The notes beneath the pieces were generated by a model. The model did no database searches and was not told the DNA's origin. It was given only the letters and a program-made list of their open reading frames with translations. From a bacterium (GTDB lineage Bacteria > Patescibacteriota > Saccharimonadia > Saccharimonadales > Saccharimonadaceae), in contig SFVX01000001.1 of the NCBI GenBank assembly GCA_004561445.1, positions 318,266-382,265 of the forward strand: a stretch of DNA of 64,000 nucleotides, written 5' to 3'. Both the position numbers and the translations under genes were made by a program. Below, piece by piece: positions 1 to 9,227 of the stretch (position 1 is the stretch's first letter; each line of letters starts with the position of its first letter).

Positions 1-177
1 GCAAAAGTTGGTAGGGTTAGTGCCCAAAAAATCAATTACCTGGCAACACGTGGAATCTCAGAAGAGATGGCAGAAAAATTAGTTGTATGCGGCTTTATTG
101 ACAGCGTGTCGAGCGAGCTACCTTTTGAATATGCACAGGAAATGAATAAACTGATCCGACAGAAGGTAAGAAAATGA
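1..177 (+). CDS. sufB: Fe-S cluster assembly protein SufB, C-terminal fragment (5' end outside window)
   Basis: Frame 1 is open from the window edge to TGA 175-177. ...INYLATRGISEEMAEKLVVCGFIDSVSSELPFEYAQEMNKLI resembles the conserved SufB C-terminus. ATGA overlap with the next gene. Confidence 0.7.
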   Translation, partial: AKVGRVSAQKINYLATRGISEEMAEKLVVCGFIDSVSSELPFEYAQEMNKLIRQKVRK

Positions 178-704
178 AAAAGCTACGCATAGAGATTAAT
201 GATAATCATTATCAAAAAGATTTTGAGATAAAAGAAGATACCGACCTTCTGCTTGTGATAAAGAAAAATACTAAGACCGAAGTTAGTTTTAATGTTTATG
301 ATAATATAACTGTTCGTATAAAAATCTTATCTTTTTGCGATAGCGACTCTGAACTTTTTTGCGAAGCAAGAATGCTCGGCAATAACATTAATTATTCCCT
401 ACAATCACTTGCGCTTATTAATAATACTTCTCGCAAGTCCGAGATTAGTATTATTATTCCAAAAGGTTCAATATCTTGCACTGCGTCCGAAAAGGAAGAA
501 GCATATCTTCTGACGAGCAATTCAAAAAACAATGCAACGGTTGCAGTATTCTCAAACGAAAAAGACTCCACAGCTAATCATAGTTACTCTTGTAATAAAA
601 TCTCTAAACAGGAACTGTTACTACTTGCCGCACGTGGCATCGATGCGCCACAAGCACAAAAATTAATAATAGACACGAAAATAAGAAGCTTTATTAATTT
701 TTAA
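174..704 (+). CDS. SufB/SufD-family protein, unusually short (176 aa)
   Basis: Translationally coupled to sufB. The C-terminus ...QELLLLAARGIDAPQAQKLII mirrors the SufB/SufD tail motif. The beta-helix-like repeat region is short. Confidence 0.55.
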   Translation: MKKLRIEINDNHYQKDFEIKEDTDLLLVIKKNTKTEVSFNVYDNITVRIKILSFCDSDSELFCEARMLGNNINYSLQSLALINNTSRKSEISIIIPKGSISCTASEKEEAYLLTSNSKNNATVAVFSNEKDSTANHSYSCNKISKQELLLLAARGIDAPQAQKLIIDTKIRSFINF

Positions 705-1278
705 CAATTATCTTTAAATCGTTATATTTTTCTTCGTAATCTTTGATAGCTTGCTCTGGAATTGGTTTCTTTTTGAGCACTTCTAAAACCGCACCAAAAA
801 ACCAAACCTCACGTTCTTTGTCAGCATAAAAAGCATTCCAAATACGTGGGCCATTGGTGCCATAATCGCGCAACATCTCGGACATATTATGTATTTTATC
901 GGAAGCCGAAACAATTAGAGGTCTGACATCGTTTACGGTCTCGAGATGTGCAATATAGGAATCTTTACGCACCTGCCAAGCACGCCAAGCTTCAGCTTTA
1001 ATATCCGGCTCAGTAACATCTTTGATAATTTTTAAAACTTCGTCACCGAAGTCGTGATAGATATCGTCGGCAGAATAAACGCGTTCTGGAACATCTTCTA
1101 AAACATCATGCAAGAGGCAGGCAATAAAAACGTCCTCGTCGCTAATGTAGCGCTGAGAGATTAAAGCAACAGCAAAAGGGTGTGCTACGTATGGCGTAGC
1201 AGAATTACGACGATATTGCCCATCATGCGCCGTAGCAACACGTCGGATTGCTAGATTAATACGGTCACTGTATTGCAT
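694..1278 (-). CDS. HD-domain phosphohydrolase (SpoT/RelA-hydrolase-like, stand-alone)
   Basis: 194 aa with H...LLHDVLED HD motif; no synthetase domain. Confidence 0.6.
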   Translation of the reverse strand: MQYSDRINLAIRRVATAHDGQYRRNSATPYVAHPFAVALISQRYISDEDVFIACLLHDVLEDVPERVYSADDIYHDFGDEVLKIIKDVTEPDIKAEAWRAWQVRKDSYIAHLETVNDVRPLIVSASDKIHNMSEMLRDYGTNGPRIWNAFYADKEREVWFFGAVLEVLKKKPIPEQAIKDYEEKYNDLKIIVKN

Positions 1279-1288
1279 TTATGCTTAA

Positions 1289-1294
1289 ATTATA
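1289..1294 (-). promoter_or_regulatory. -10 box TATAAT, 10 nt upstream of ATG 1278
   Basis: Read on the - strand; no SD between box and start. Confidence 0.4.
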
Positions 1295-1322
1295 ACGCGA
1301 AGCGGGGATTTAACGCAAAAAG

Positions 1323-2447
1323 CTAGTCGCTAAAATCAAGATCAATAGATATAACAAAATGATAATATGGATAAACGCGCTTGAGTTCTTTAATTATGCG
1401 ACGACGGAGAGCGTTTTGGTCTTTGACGCTAAAATCAATCACAACATCGAAGGTGATTTCTTTAGCTTTCTCATCGATGCGAAAGCCGTGAATTTGACGG
1501 ATATGATCGTTCATTAGCATCATAGCCTTGATGTTATTACGAACCTCGACGGTATGCTTATCTTTAGTGTTAATTGGGAAGATACCGACAGACGAAACGT
1601 AAATACGAAAACGTTGGCCAACTAAGCGACGTACTTCACGCGAGATGTCGTCAACTTCGACTACGCTTAGCGTGTCGAGCACATCAATATTTACTGATGC
1701 ATAGCTGCGGCCAGTGCCATAATCATGAATTAGTAGATCATATGCGCCATAGACGCCATCAATTTCGCAAATCGCCTGCTTGATGCGACGAGACAGATCC
1801 GAATCAACACGCTCGCCCAAAATGACGCTGAAAGATTCGCGCAACATTCTGAAGCCCGAGTAGATAATAAAGACCGAGATAAGTGTTGCAAGATAAGCTT
1901 CGATGCTAATTCCCCAAATCACATAGATGAGACCAGCGACAATCGTCGCTGCTGAAATAAGTGCATCCATCATAGCGTCGAAACCGGAATTTTTAAGCGA
2001 ATCCGAGTCTACCTGTTTTGCAATTTTTTTATAATAACAGCCAAGGAGGATTTTAATAATAACAGATACAGATACGACCAAAAAAGTAATAAAAGTATAG
2101 TTTACTTCATTTGGATTGATGATTTTTCCGATAGATTCAAAGATAGCCGTGAAGCCGATATAAGAAATAACAGTAGCAATTATAGCAGCACCGAGATATT
2201 CAAAACGACCGTGTCCAAGCGGATGATTTTTGTCTGGAGCGCGATTAGCAAACTTAACTCCAACAATCGTAACGATAGATGAGAGTGTGTCGCTGAGGTT
2301 GTTGACAGCATCGAGAATGATTGCAATTGAGCCCGAAAGAAAGCCAACGACTACTTTAAAGATAGCCAAAATAAAATTGGCGATAATGCCAATGATGCTT
2401 GTTTTGATGATTTTTTTGTTACGCGTCTCGGAGGACATTTTGTTCAT
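1323..2447 (-). CDS. cation diffusion facilitator (CDF) family transporter
   Basis: 374 aa with six N-terminal TM helices, ...NHPLGHGRFEYL... motif and a C-terminal cytoplasmic domain. Confidence 0.85.
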   Translation of the reverse strand: MNKMSSETRNKKIIKTSIIGIIANFILAIFKVVVGFLSGSIAIILDAVNNLSDTLSSIVTIVGVKFANRAPDKNHPLGHGRFEYLGAAIIATVISYIGFTAIFESIGKIINPNEVNYTFITFLVVSVSVIIKILLGCYYKKIAKQVDSDSLKNSGFDAMMDALISAATIVAGLIYVIWGISIEAYLATLISVFIIYSGFRMLRESFSVILGERVDSDLSRRIKQAICEIDGVYGAYDLLIHDYGTGRSYASVNIDVLDTLSVVEVDDISREVRRLVGQRFRIYVSSVGIFPINTKDKHTVEVRNNIKAMMLMNDHIRQIHGFRIDEKAKEITFDVVIDFSVKDQNALRRRIIKELKRVYPYYHFVISIDLDFSD

Positions 2448-2456
2448 GATTATTTT

Positions 2457-2484
2457 ATTTTACAATATTTTTAATATGTTGCAA
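2457..2484 (-). promoter_or_regulatory. promoter TTGCAA-16-TAAAAT, 9 nt upstream of ATG 2447
   Basis: Read on the - strand; no SD. Confidence 0.45.
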
Positions 2485-2513
2485 GTAGGTTTTTCAATTC
2501 CCTGTTATTATTA

Positions 2514-2519
2514 TATAAT
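2514..2519 (+). promoter_or_regulatory. -10 box TATAAT abutting ATG 2520
   Basis: Lies 6 nt before the second in-frame ATG at 2526, which may be the real leaderless start. Confidence 0.35.
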
Positions 2520-3482
2520 ATGAGTATGATTTCGTTTGTGATTCCCGTTTATAACGAGGAAAAGGGGTTTAAAAAATTTTATACGGAGATGTTATTGCCG
2601 GAGCTAAAAAAGCTCAAATACGGTTATGAGCTGATTTTGGTGAATGACGGTAGTAAAGATAAGAGCCTACAAATCATTCAAGAATTAGCTGAAGAAGATA
2701 AGCATATTAAAGTGCTGAGCTTTTCGCGCAACTTTGGTAAAGAGGTAGCGCTGACAGCTGGAATTCGCGAAGCAGAAGGCGCGGCGGTCTTCACAATGGA
2801 TGCTGACGGCCAACAGCCGCCAAAGTTAATTCCAGAGTTTATTAAGAAATGGGAAAATGGCGCCGAGCTCGTGATAGGCGTGCGTGGAAAATATGAGAAA
2901 CACGGTTTTATCGCAAAATTGGGCTCAAAGTGGTTTTATCGCATTATGGGCTGGATGGGCGTTAAAGATATGGTGCCCGGAAGCACAGATTTTCGCTTGA
3001 TCGACCGCTGCGTAGCTGATGAGTATAATAAATTGACCGAGCATGGTCGCATTACGCGTGGACTTATGGATTGGATGGGTTTTCGTAAGGAATATATTGA
3101 TTACGTTTACGGTAATCGTCTGGCTGGCAAGCCGAGCTATAATTTTAAGAAACTGTTTCAGCTTGCAATTGATAGTTTTATTTCACTTAGTACTACTCCG
3201 TTGATGATTTTTGCGTGGATGGGCGGATTGATCACTTTTGCAGCACTCGTATTGGGAATTTTCGTACTGATTGAAGAGTTTATGATGGGCGATCCAATTG
3301 GACTCAAGTGGACTGGTACGACTTGCGTATGTATTTTTATCACCTTCTTGATTGGACTGGTGATGGTATCGCAATCCGTAACAGCGATGTACGTGTCGTC
3401 AATCCATGCCGAGGCGCAAAATAGACCACTTTATATCATCGATCGTAAGAACTCGAGGAATCTTAAAGATGGCAAAAAATGA
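2520..3482 (+). CDS. family 2 glycosyltransferase (polyprenyl-phosphate sugar transferase type, two C-terminal TMs)
   Basis: ISFVIPVYNEE...LVNDGSKD...DADGQ motifs with C-terminal TM helices. The start could be 2526. Confidence 0.85.
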   Translation: MSMISFVIPVYNEEKGFKKFYTEMLLPELKKLKYGYELILVNDGSKDKSLQIIQELAEEDKHIKVLSFSRNFGKEVALTAGIREAEGAAVFTMDADGQQPPKLIPEFIKKWENGAELVIGVRGKYEKHGFIAKLGSKWFYRIMGWMGVKDMVPGSTDFRLIDRCVADEYNKLTEHGRITRGLMDWMGFRKEYIDYVYGNRLAGKPSYNFKKLFQLAIDSFISLSTTPLMIFAWMGGLITFAALVLGIFVLIEEFMMGDPIGLKWTGTTCVCIFITFLIGLVMVSQSVTAMYVSSIHAEAQNRPLYIIDRKNSRNLKDGKK

Positions 3483-3966
3483 TTCTTTGAAGATTTCTGA
3501 AGATACTGAAGAGATTTCAAAACCTAACAATATCTTTGTGAAGCTATACAAGAAATTCGAAAAAGAGATTAAGTTCGTTTTAACTGGCGGACTTAATACA
3601 GTTTTTGATTTTGTGATTTTTAACGTCCTTAAGAGTGTCTTGGGCGCGGACGCTACAATTTCGAATATTGTTTCGACGTCGATTTGTATTGTAATTAGCT
3701 TCTATTTGAATTCAAAGTATGTCTGGAAGACAAAAAAGAGCGTCAGCGAAACGGCGCCGGGCTTTTTGGTGGTTTCGCTATTTTCGGCTTGGATTGTACA
3801 GTCAATCGCAATTAACGCCGTAATTGGGATTTGGGGCGATAGTGCGCTCATCTCGGCGATTGCGAAACTTTGCGGATCAGCTTGTGGAATGATCTCGAAT
3901 TATTTTGGATATAAGGTAATCTTTTCAGTTGATTTTAAAAAATACTTACGTAAGCTAAAAAAGTAA
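3469..3966 (+). CDS. GtrA-family membrane protein
   Basis: Start taken at MAKNDS (the ORF-track start 3406 lies inside the upstream gene). Four TM helices, ...KFVLTGGLNTVFDFVIFN... GtrA signature, paired with GT2. Confidence 0.7.
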   Translation: MAKNDSLKISEDTEEISKPNNIFVKLYKKFEKEIKFVLTGGLNTVFDFVIFNVLKSVLGADATISNIVSTSICIVISFYLNSKYVWKTKKSVSETAPGFLVVSLFSAWIVQSIAINAVIGIWGDSALISAIAKLCGSACGMISNYFGYKVIFSVDFKKYLRKLKK

Positions 3967-4013
3967 CCCGCAGGAGTGGGGCTACTTTTCTCTTCTATCT
4001 AGTTTTAGTTTAA

Positions 4014-4346
4014 TTAGCTAGATTTTTTGACAGTCTTAGCTTTGACTGTTTTCGGCTTGGTGGTCGAGGTTGTCTTTTTGACGGCTTTCTTTTTAGCACT
4101 TTGCTCTTTTGCCGGGATTTTTACGGCTGGTTTGACTATTTTTTCTTGCTCTTCTACTACATATTCGTCTTTGCCATCATCGGCAAAATCGTCTTCAAGC
4201 TCGTCATATTCTTCCATAAACTCATCATCGTCGATGAGGTCCTCATCATAATATTTTTCTTGATATTTCTTAACTGCTACAGCGGCTGCGGCTGCGAGAC
4301 CAGCAAGACCGATGAGCGTTAAGCCTACTTTTGTTCCTTTTTTCAT
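4014..4346 (-). CDS. hypothetical membrane-anchored protein (acidic block + Lys-rich tail)
   Basis: 110 aa with one N-terminal TM, a D/E-rich segment, then a K-rich C-terminus. Confidence 0.45.
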   Translation of the reverse strand: MKKGTKVGLTLIGLAGLAAAAAVAVKKYQEKYYDEDLIDDDEFMEEYDELEDDFADDGKDEYVVEEQEKIVKPAVKIPAKEQSAKKKAVKKTTSTTKPKTVKAKTVKKSS

Positions 4347-4367
4347 ATTTTTATTTTCCTTTATTTA

Positions 4368-4691
4368 TTATTGGTTTTTCTTAGATTTTTTAACAATCTT
4401 ATGATCGGTATGTTTTGCTTTATGCTCCATATATTTGCGAAGCTCAATGTAATAATATGCGCTACCGATAATAAAGCTAATGAGAATTGAAAGGATCCAG
4501 AAGGATAAATAATCAGCGTAACAGCAAATAATATTGTTTGGTGTGCCGAAAAGTTCGATCAAGACCGTTGCAATAGCAAGTATCAATGGAATTGCGTATG
4601 CAATAATAAATACCGTTTTGCCATATGCGCCCTTGTTAAAATCCGCTATTTCTTTTCTAATATCTTTAACTTTATAATTGTAAAAATCCAT
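4368..4691 (-). CDS. hypothetical membrane protein
   Basis: 107 aa with two predicted TM helices and a basic tail. Confidence 0.45.
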   Translation of the reverse strand: MDFYNYKVKDIRKEIADFNKGAYGKTVFIIAYAIPLILAIATVLIELFGTPNNIICCYADYLSFWILSILISFIIGSAYYYIELRKYMEHKAKHTDHKIVKKSKKNQ

Positions 4692-4815
4692 TTTTATTGT
4701 TTGCCTTTCTATTTTTATCTTATTGAATTTTGTTTTGCGTTTTTATTTATAATCGATTATGTCTCTATATTAGCACAAGCATTACTTTTTGTCAATACCT
4801 TTTGAATGTTTTGCA

Positions 4816-4852
4816 CAAAAATACAAGCATTACCCCATATATTTGCTTGTAT
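4816..4852 (-). terminator. intrinsic terminator after the priming-transferase gene
   Basis: Stem atacaagc/gcttgtat followed by a T-run on the - strand. Confidence 0.5.
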
Positions 4853-4859
4853 TAAAAGA

Positions 4860-6287
4860 TTATTTTGCGCCTTCGTGGCCGAGAACGGATGCGATAGTGC
4901 GGAAGATAATTTGAATGTCCATCGCTGGAGTCCAGTTTTGTACATAGTATACGTCAAAGGCGCGACGTTCATTAAAAGAGATATTGCGACGACCAGAGAC
5001 CTGCGCGAGGCCGGTTACGCCAGATTTGACAGAAAGAATAATACCGCGATCACCGTAGTTTTTAAGCTCGGCAGGCTGCAGAGCGCGCGGGCCGACTAGC
5101 GAAATATCGCCTTTTAAAACATTAAATAGTTGCGGAAGCTCATCGAGCGAGCTGCGACGCAAAAAACGGCCGAACTTCGTATAGCGAGGGTCGTTTTTGA
5201 GATAGTCGCCTTGCTTGCGATATTTCTCAGATAGCTCAGGTCTACCCATTTTTTCAAAAGCCTCTTCTGGCGTTAGGCCGCTATATTCTGGCTTAATGCT
5301 ACGAAACTTAAAGAGTTGAAATTCGCAATTAAACTTCGTGAGACGCGTATCTTTATAGATTGCAGGAGCGCGAGGATCAATAATCTTTTGAATAATGAAA
5401 ATAATAATCATTATCGGCAAAGCGATAATTGTTCCTATTAAGCTCAAGACAATATCTACGAAGCGTTTATAAACAATTGCGCCGCCGCTAAGTGGTGTGG
5501 TTTTAATCCGGATAATAGGCGTAGCCGCCAAAAAATCAACGTCGCGGCTGAGTGTAATGATAGAATCTTCGCGTGGTGAATAGTAAAAGAGAGCGTGGCT
5601 ATCAATAGCAAGCTTATTCATGCGCTCGATATCGGTGGCGCCGGTATATATAATTGCATCGGGCTTGAGACGCTTGATAGCAAGCTCAATATTTTCATAG
5701 ACACGAGTTTTATTGCCCTCTGGGATATACTTTTCTTTAGTTACAACACCAACAAGTTTAAAGCCAGTATCTGGAGTGACGCCAGCAAGAAGTTGACGAG
5801 TATTATCACTATTTCCGACCACAACTGTACGAAGTGCACCCATGTTGTGACGCAAGAAGAAAATACGCCCGAGGCCAATAATAAAACGTTCAATAATTAA
5901 CGCGAGATAGCAAAAAATCGCGGCGTAGACTGCAATTATCTTGACTGGAAAGAGCGAATTATGCCCCGGAAAGGCACTGAAGAAAAAATCGTAGCTGATT
6001 ATTGCCATCATAGCAATAATTGAGCCAATCAGCAGACGCCAACCAGTCAGAATGCGGCGACCGAGCACGCGGCGCGAATAAAGACCTAGACTCGCAAGGA
6101 TTAGAATCCAAATCGGCACAAGCGTAAGAGCTGAGAGTGCAAACTCTAGAAGCGACGAATCAAAGAAATATGGACGCGGATCGATATGAACGCGATAATA
6201 ATAAGCGAAAGAAAAAGATAAGATAATTGCGACGACATCGCCAAAGATTAACACCACACGGTAAAGCAGACCCGGCTCTTTTTTCAT
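4860..6287 (-). CDS. polyprenyl glycosylphosphotransferase (bacterial sugar transferase, WbaP-like)
   Basis: 475 aa with an N-terminal TM bundle and C-terminal ...DELPQLFNVLKGDISLVGPRA... motif. Confidence 0.85.
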   Translation of the reverse strand: MKKEPGLLYRVVLIFGDVVAIILSFSFAYYYRVHIDPRPYFFDSSLLEFALSALTLVPIWILILASLGLYSRRVLGRRILTGWRLLIGSIIAMMAIISYDFFFSAFPGHNSLFPVKIIAVYAAIFCYLALIIERFIIGLGRIFFLRHNMGALRTVVVGNSDNTRQLLAGVTPDTGFKLVGVVTKEKYIPEGNKTRVYENIELAIKRLKPDAIIYTGATDIERMNKLAIDSHALFYYSPREDSIITLSRDVDFLAATPIIRIKTTPLSGGAIVYKRFVDIVLSLIGTIIALPIMIIIFIIQKIIDPRAPAIYKDTRLTKFNCEFQLFKFRSIKPEYSGLTPEEAFEKMGRPELSEKYRKQGDYLKNDPRYTKFGRFLRRSSLDELPQLFNVLKGDISLVGPRALQPAELKNYGDRGIILSVKSGVTGLAQVSGRRNISFNERRAFDVYYVQNWTPAMDIQIIFRTIASVLGHEGAK

Positions 6288-6306
6288 TAATCTTATGATA
6301 GCACGT

Positions 6307-6792
6307 CTAGAGGTCGATTTCTAGAATGTCGGCGGCGCGCCTTAGAATGCTAATTTGCTCTTCTAGGGCTTCACTTTCGCGCATAAGAGCTGATATGGTT
6401 TTTTGAGCATCAGAGGCTGCTAGGGTGTTTTTAGAAGCTTCTGGAGCATTTCCATCTCCGAGTGATAGCTGAAAATTTGAGCTTGCAGCAATTCTGTCTT
6501 CGATTTGAGCCAATTCTTGGTCTAATTCGGCAAGGCGCTGATTGAAAAATTTAACAGTTTCTTCATGAGTTTCAACTGGAATGATGCGCAAAGTGCGGGC
6601 TTGATTTGGGAGTTTTTCAAGAAAACCGGCCGCAACGCAGTTGTTGATATGCTCTGCTACAGCCGAGACTGAGCGCAAACGAAGCGCAGCCATAATTTCA
6701 CGATAGCTAGGTGACATGTCGTGTTCTTCGGTGTATTCTTCAATAAATTTAAGAATTGCGGCTTGTTTTTTGGTCGGAGTCTTGGCTTTCAT
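6307..6792 (-). CDS. LexA-type winged-helix DNA-binding protein lacking the S24 peptidase domain
   Basis: N-terminus KKQAAILKFIEEYTEEHDMSPSYREIMAALRLRSVSAVAEHINNCVAAGFLEKL matches the LexA DNA-binding domain. The C-terminal half is coiled-coil-like with no Ser/Lys dyad motifs. Confidence 0.7.
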   Translation of the reverse strand: MKAKTPTKKQAAILKFIEEYTEEHDMSPSYREIMAALRLRSVSAVAEHINNCVAAGFLEKLPNQARTLRIIPVETHEETVKFFNQRLAELDQELAQIEDRIAASSNFQLSLGDGNAPEASKNTLAASDAQKTISALMRESEALEEQISILRRAADILEIDL

Positions 6793-6798
6793 AAGTAT

Positions 6799-6807
6799 AT
6801 TTTAACA
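6799..6807 (-). promoter_or_regulatory. extended -10 TGtTAAAAT, 6 nt upstream of ATG 6792
   Basis: Read on the - strand, immediately after the upstream terminator; no SD. Confidence 0.45.
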
Positions 6808-6837
6808 AAAAAGCTCCACCTCTTGGAAAGGTGGAGC
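6807..6837 (-). terminator. intrinsic terminator after the 68-aa gene
   Basis: Stem gctccacc/ggtggagc followed by TTTTTT on the - strand. Confidence 0.65.
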
Positions 6838-6854
6838 GAAAAACATCTTAGTGA

Positions 6855-7061
6855 TTATTTTTTGCGGGATACAGTCAAGAAGCCGTTGCGTGGGTTTTCG
6901 TTGACCTCGCGATCTTCTGGAAGATCACATGGGGTACCCTTCTCGTTTTTCTCGGTCTTGGTGAAGAAATAAATGGTCTGTGGTTTGCCGCCGCGGAGAG
7001 TAACTTCAGACTTGTGAAGGTAGTAAGTTACGCCTTTTGAGTTAGTGTGTTTGTAAGCCAT
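6855..7061 (-). CDS. small conserved-looking hypothetical protein (68 aa)
   Basis: Has its own promoter, a GGAGGA SD 9 nt upstream, and its own terminator. Confidence 0.55.
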   Translation of the reverse strand: MAYKHTNSKGVTYYLHKSEVTLRGGKPQTIYFFTKTEKNEKGTPCDLPEDREVNENPRNGFLTVSRKK

Positions 7062-7095
7062 TTTTAGCTTTCCTCCGTTATTTTGATACTTTTAT

Positions 7096-7123
7096 CTTAT
7101 AACCCCTGTTTTATAGGTGTCAA
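7096..7123 (-). promoter_or_regulatory. promoter TTGACA-16-TATAAG for the 68-aa gene
   Basis: Read on the - strand; roughly 28-nt leader containing the SD. Confidence 0.45.
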
Positions 7124-7194
7124 GGGGTTTAAATACAGAATATGTTTATTTTGCTTTTCCGTCAAGGTGTTTATGCTAATTTTTATAGAGGTGA

Positions 7195-7926
7195 CTAGTG
7201 GTCGATTTTGCTGATTACAAAGAGTGCAATTTTAGCAATAAACCAGATAACGATGCGAATGAGAGCCCAAACTAGGAGAATGACACAAGCGAGAATGACG
7301 AAGCCAGAGGCGCAAGGATACCAGATAGGCGAAGAATAATCGTAACGATAGAGGTCGGTACTCGGGATTTCGGCCGTCTCAAAAATATCTATACTGCCAG
7401 AACTTGGGAACTTGGCGAGCTCTGAAGTCCAGCAGTCAATATAGCGCTGATCTGGGTAGCGCCAGCCATAACGGCGACCTAGGGCGTCACAAATGTCTGA
7501 GACTTTGGAATAAATGTTTCCGTTTGGATTAGTTGCGGCGCCTTGTTTATCGGCGGCTTCCTGGGCTTTCTTAATCTCAGCTTCAGCTTTTCTAGTGTAG
7601 CTTTCCTCAAGATAAAATGGTCCGGTACCAAAAACGATTTCTTGGGCGCCGTTTTTGTCGAGCACGTTAAAAACAATATGCGTAGCAACAAATTCGCGAA
7701 GATTTTGCATATCTTCGACGAGCTGTTCGTCATCGGCGGCTTTATCCGAGGCGAGCACAGCATCGCGAAGCTCCGTCATCTTGATATGATCAAAGCGCAA
7801 GAGCGTAGCTGAAACAAAGGCAAGGATAATCGCAATTAAAATAAGTTTCCAGGCGCGAATACGAAAAATACGCACAAAAAGGTTAGCTTTCTGCTTTTTC
7901 TTCCCTTTAGCCCGAAAACCACCCAT
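7195..7926 (-). CDS. hypothetical membrane protein (N- and C-terminal TM helices)
   Basis: 243-aa ORF with no recognisable catalytic motif. Confidence 0.5.
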   Translation of the reverse strand: MGGFRAKGKKKQKANLFVRIFRIRAWKLILIAIILAFVSATLLRFDHIKMTELRDAVLASDKAADDEQLVEDMQNLREFVATHIVFNVLDKNGAQEIVFGTGPFYLEESYTRKAEAEIKKAQEAADKQGAATNPNGNIYSKVSDICDALGRRYGWRYPDQRYIDCWTSELAKFPSSGSIDIFETAEIPSTDLYRYDYSSPIWYPCASGFVILACVILLVWALIRIVIWFIAKIALFVISKIDH

Positions 7927-7937
7927 ATATATCTCAT

Positions 7938-7943
7938 ATTATA
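7938..7943 (-). promoter_or_regulatory. -10 box TATAAT, 11 nt upstream of ATG 7926
   Basis: Read on the - strand; no SD. Confidence 0.35.
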
Positions 7944-7973
7944 GTAAAATGTGGAATTTTTATCAAAATGCGT

Positions 7974-7979
7974 TATAAA
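7974..7979 (+). promoter_or_regulatory. -10-like TATAAA, 8 nt upstream of ATG 7988
   Basis: No SD before the Mur-ligase start. Confidence 0.35.
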
Positions 7980-7987
7980 CTAGAACT

Positions 7988-9223
7988 ATGAAAGTATACT
8001 TCTCTGGAATCTCTGGAACTGGAATTGGACCTTTGGCAGAATTGGCCTACGATGCTGGCTATGAAGTTTGCGGATCAGATTTAATGCGCGGCGCAATTGC
8101 GCCAGAAATAGATGAGCGAAATATTTCAGTGCATTACGGCGAGCAAACTGGCGAATTCTTGCGCCAAAAGCAAGCGGAGGGCGTAATTGATTGGTTCGTT
8201 TATACCTCTGCTCTGCCAGCCGACCATGCAGAGCTCTTGGCGGCTCAGGAGCTTGGAATTCATACGAGCAAACGCGATGAATTCATTGCGAAGTTTATTG
8301 AAGATAAGAAACTTAAGATGCTAGCTGTAGCTGGGACACACGGAAAAACCACAACAACGGCGTTGCTCATTTATGCGTTTACTAGACTGGGGATTCCGGT
8401 CAGTTATCTGATTGGGACGACTTTAGGATGGGGACGTGGCGGTAATTACTCTACTGATGCGAAATATTTTATCTATGAAGCAGATGAGTATGATAGAAAT
8501 TTCTTAGCGTATCACCCATTTGTGGCCGCAATTACTTGCGTAGACTATGATCACCCCGATATTTATCCGACACTAGGAGATTATCAAGGAGCATTCGCGC
8601 AATTTGAGTCCCAAAGTCAATATGTTGTAAAAAATACAACAATTAATGAAAAGCTTACGCTAGTTGGCGAATTACGTCGTCGCGATGCGAGCATCGCACT
8701 GGAAGTTTTACAGTATCTAAGATCTGTTGATGACGAAATAAACTGCTCCGATGAAGAAATTATAGCGGTTTTGAATGATTTTCCTGGCGCTGGACGTCGT
8801 TTTGAACGCATTGCAGAGGGCGTTTATTCGGATTACGGACATCACCCAAACGAGATTAAGGCAACAGTAGAGATGGCAAAAGAGCTACGCGATCGCGATA
8901 ACTATACTGGACTTGCCGTAATTTATCAGCCGCATCAAAATACGCGCCAGCACAAGGTTCGCGATGGGTATTTGGACGCTTTTAATGGCGCCGACAAGGT
9001 GTTTTGGCTACCAACTTATTTAACGCGCGAAGATCCAAATCTTGAGATATTAACGCCAGAAAATTTGATTTCTAATTTGAGAAATCCAGAAATTGCAGAG
9101 CCAGCAGAGCTAAATGACGACTTGGCATCAAAAATCTTACAGCTTAAAAAACAAGGCTGGTTAATACTATTATTGACGGCTGGACCGGCCGACGGTTGGT
9201 TGCGTAAGAATTTTGGCGATTAA
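7988..9223 (+). CDS. Mur ligase family protein, MurC/Mpl-like
   Basis: N-terminus GISGTGIGPLAELAYDAGYEVCGSD and P-loop AGTHGKTTTT are typical of MurC/Mpl. Shortish at 411 aa. Confidence 0.75.
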   Translation: MKVYFSGISGTGIGPLAELAYDAGYEVCGSDLMRGAIAPEIDERNISVHYGEQTGEFLRQKQAEGVIDWFVYTSALPADHAELLAAQELGIHTSKRDEFIAKFIEDKKLKMLAVAGTHGKTTTTALLIYAFTRLGIPVSYLIGTTLGWGRGGNYSTDAKYFIYEADEYDRNFLAYHPFVAAITCVDYDHPDIYPTLGDYQGAFAQFESQSQYVVKNTTINEKLTLVGELRRRDASIALEVLQYLRSVDDEINCSDEEIIAVLNDFPGAGRRFERIAEGVYSDYGHHPNEIKATVEMAKELRDRDNYTGLAVIYQPHQNTRQHKVRDGYLDAFNGADKVFWLPTYLTREDPNLEILTPENLISNLRNPEIAEPAELNDDLASKILQLKKQGWLILLLTAGPADGWLRKNFGD

Positions 9224-9227
9224 GTTA

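Noticed and set aside
3406-3468. Upstream start of the GtrA-like ORF
   Set aside because: This part lies inside the GT2 coding region in another frame. The family-typical N-terminus begins at MAKND (3469).
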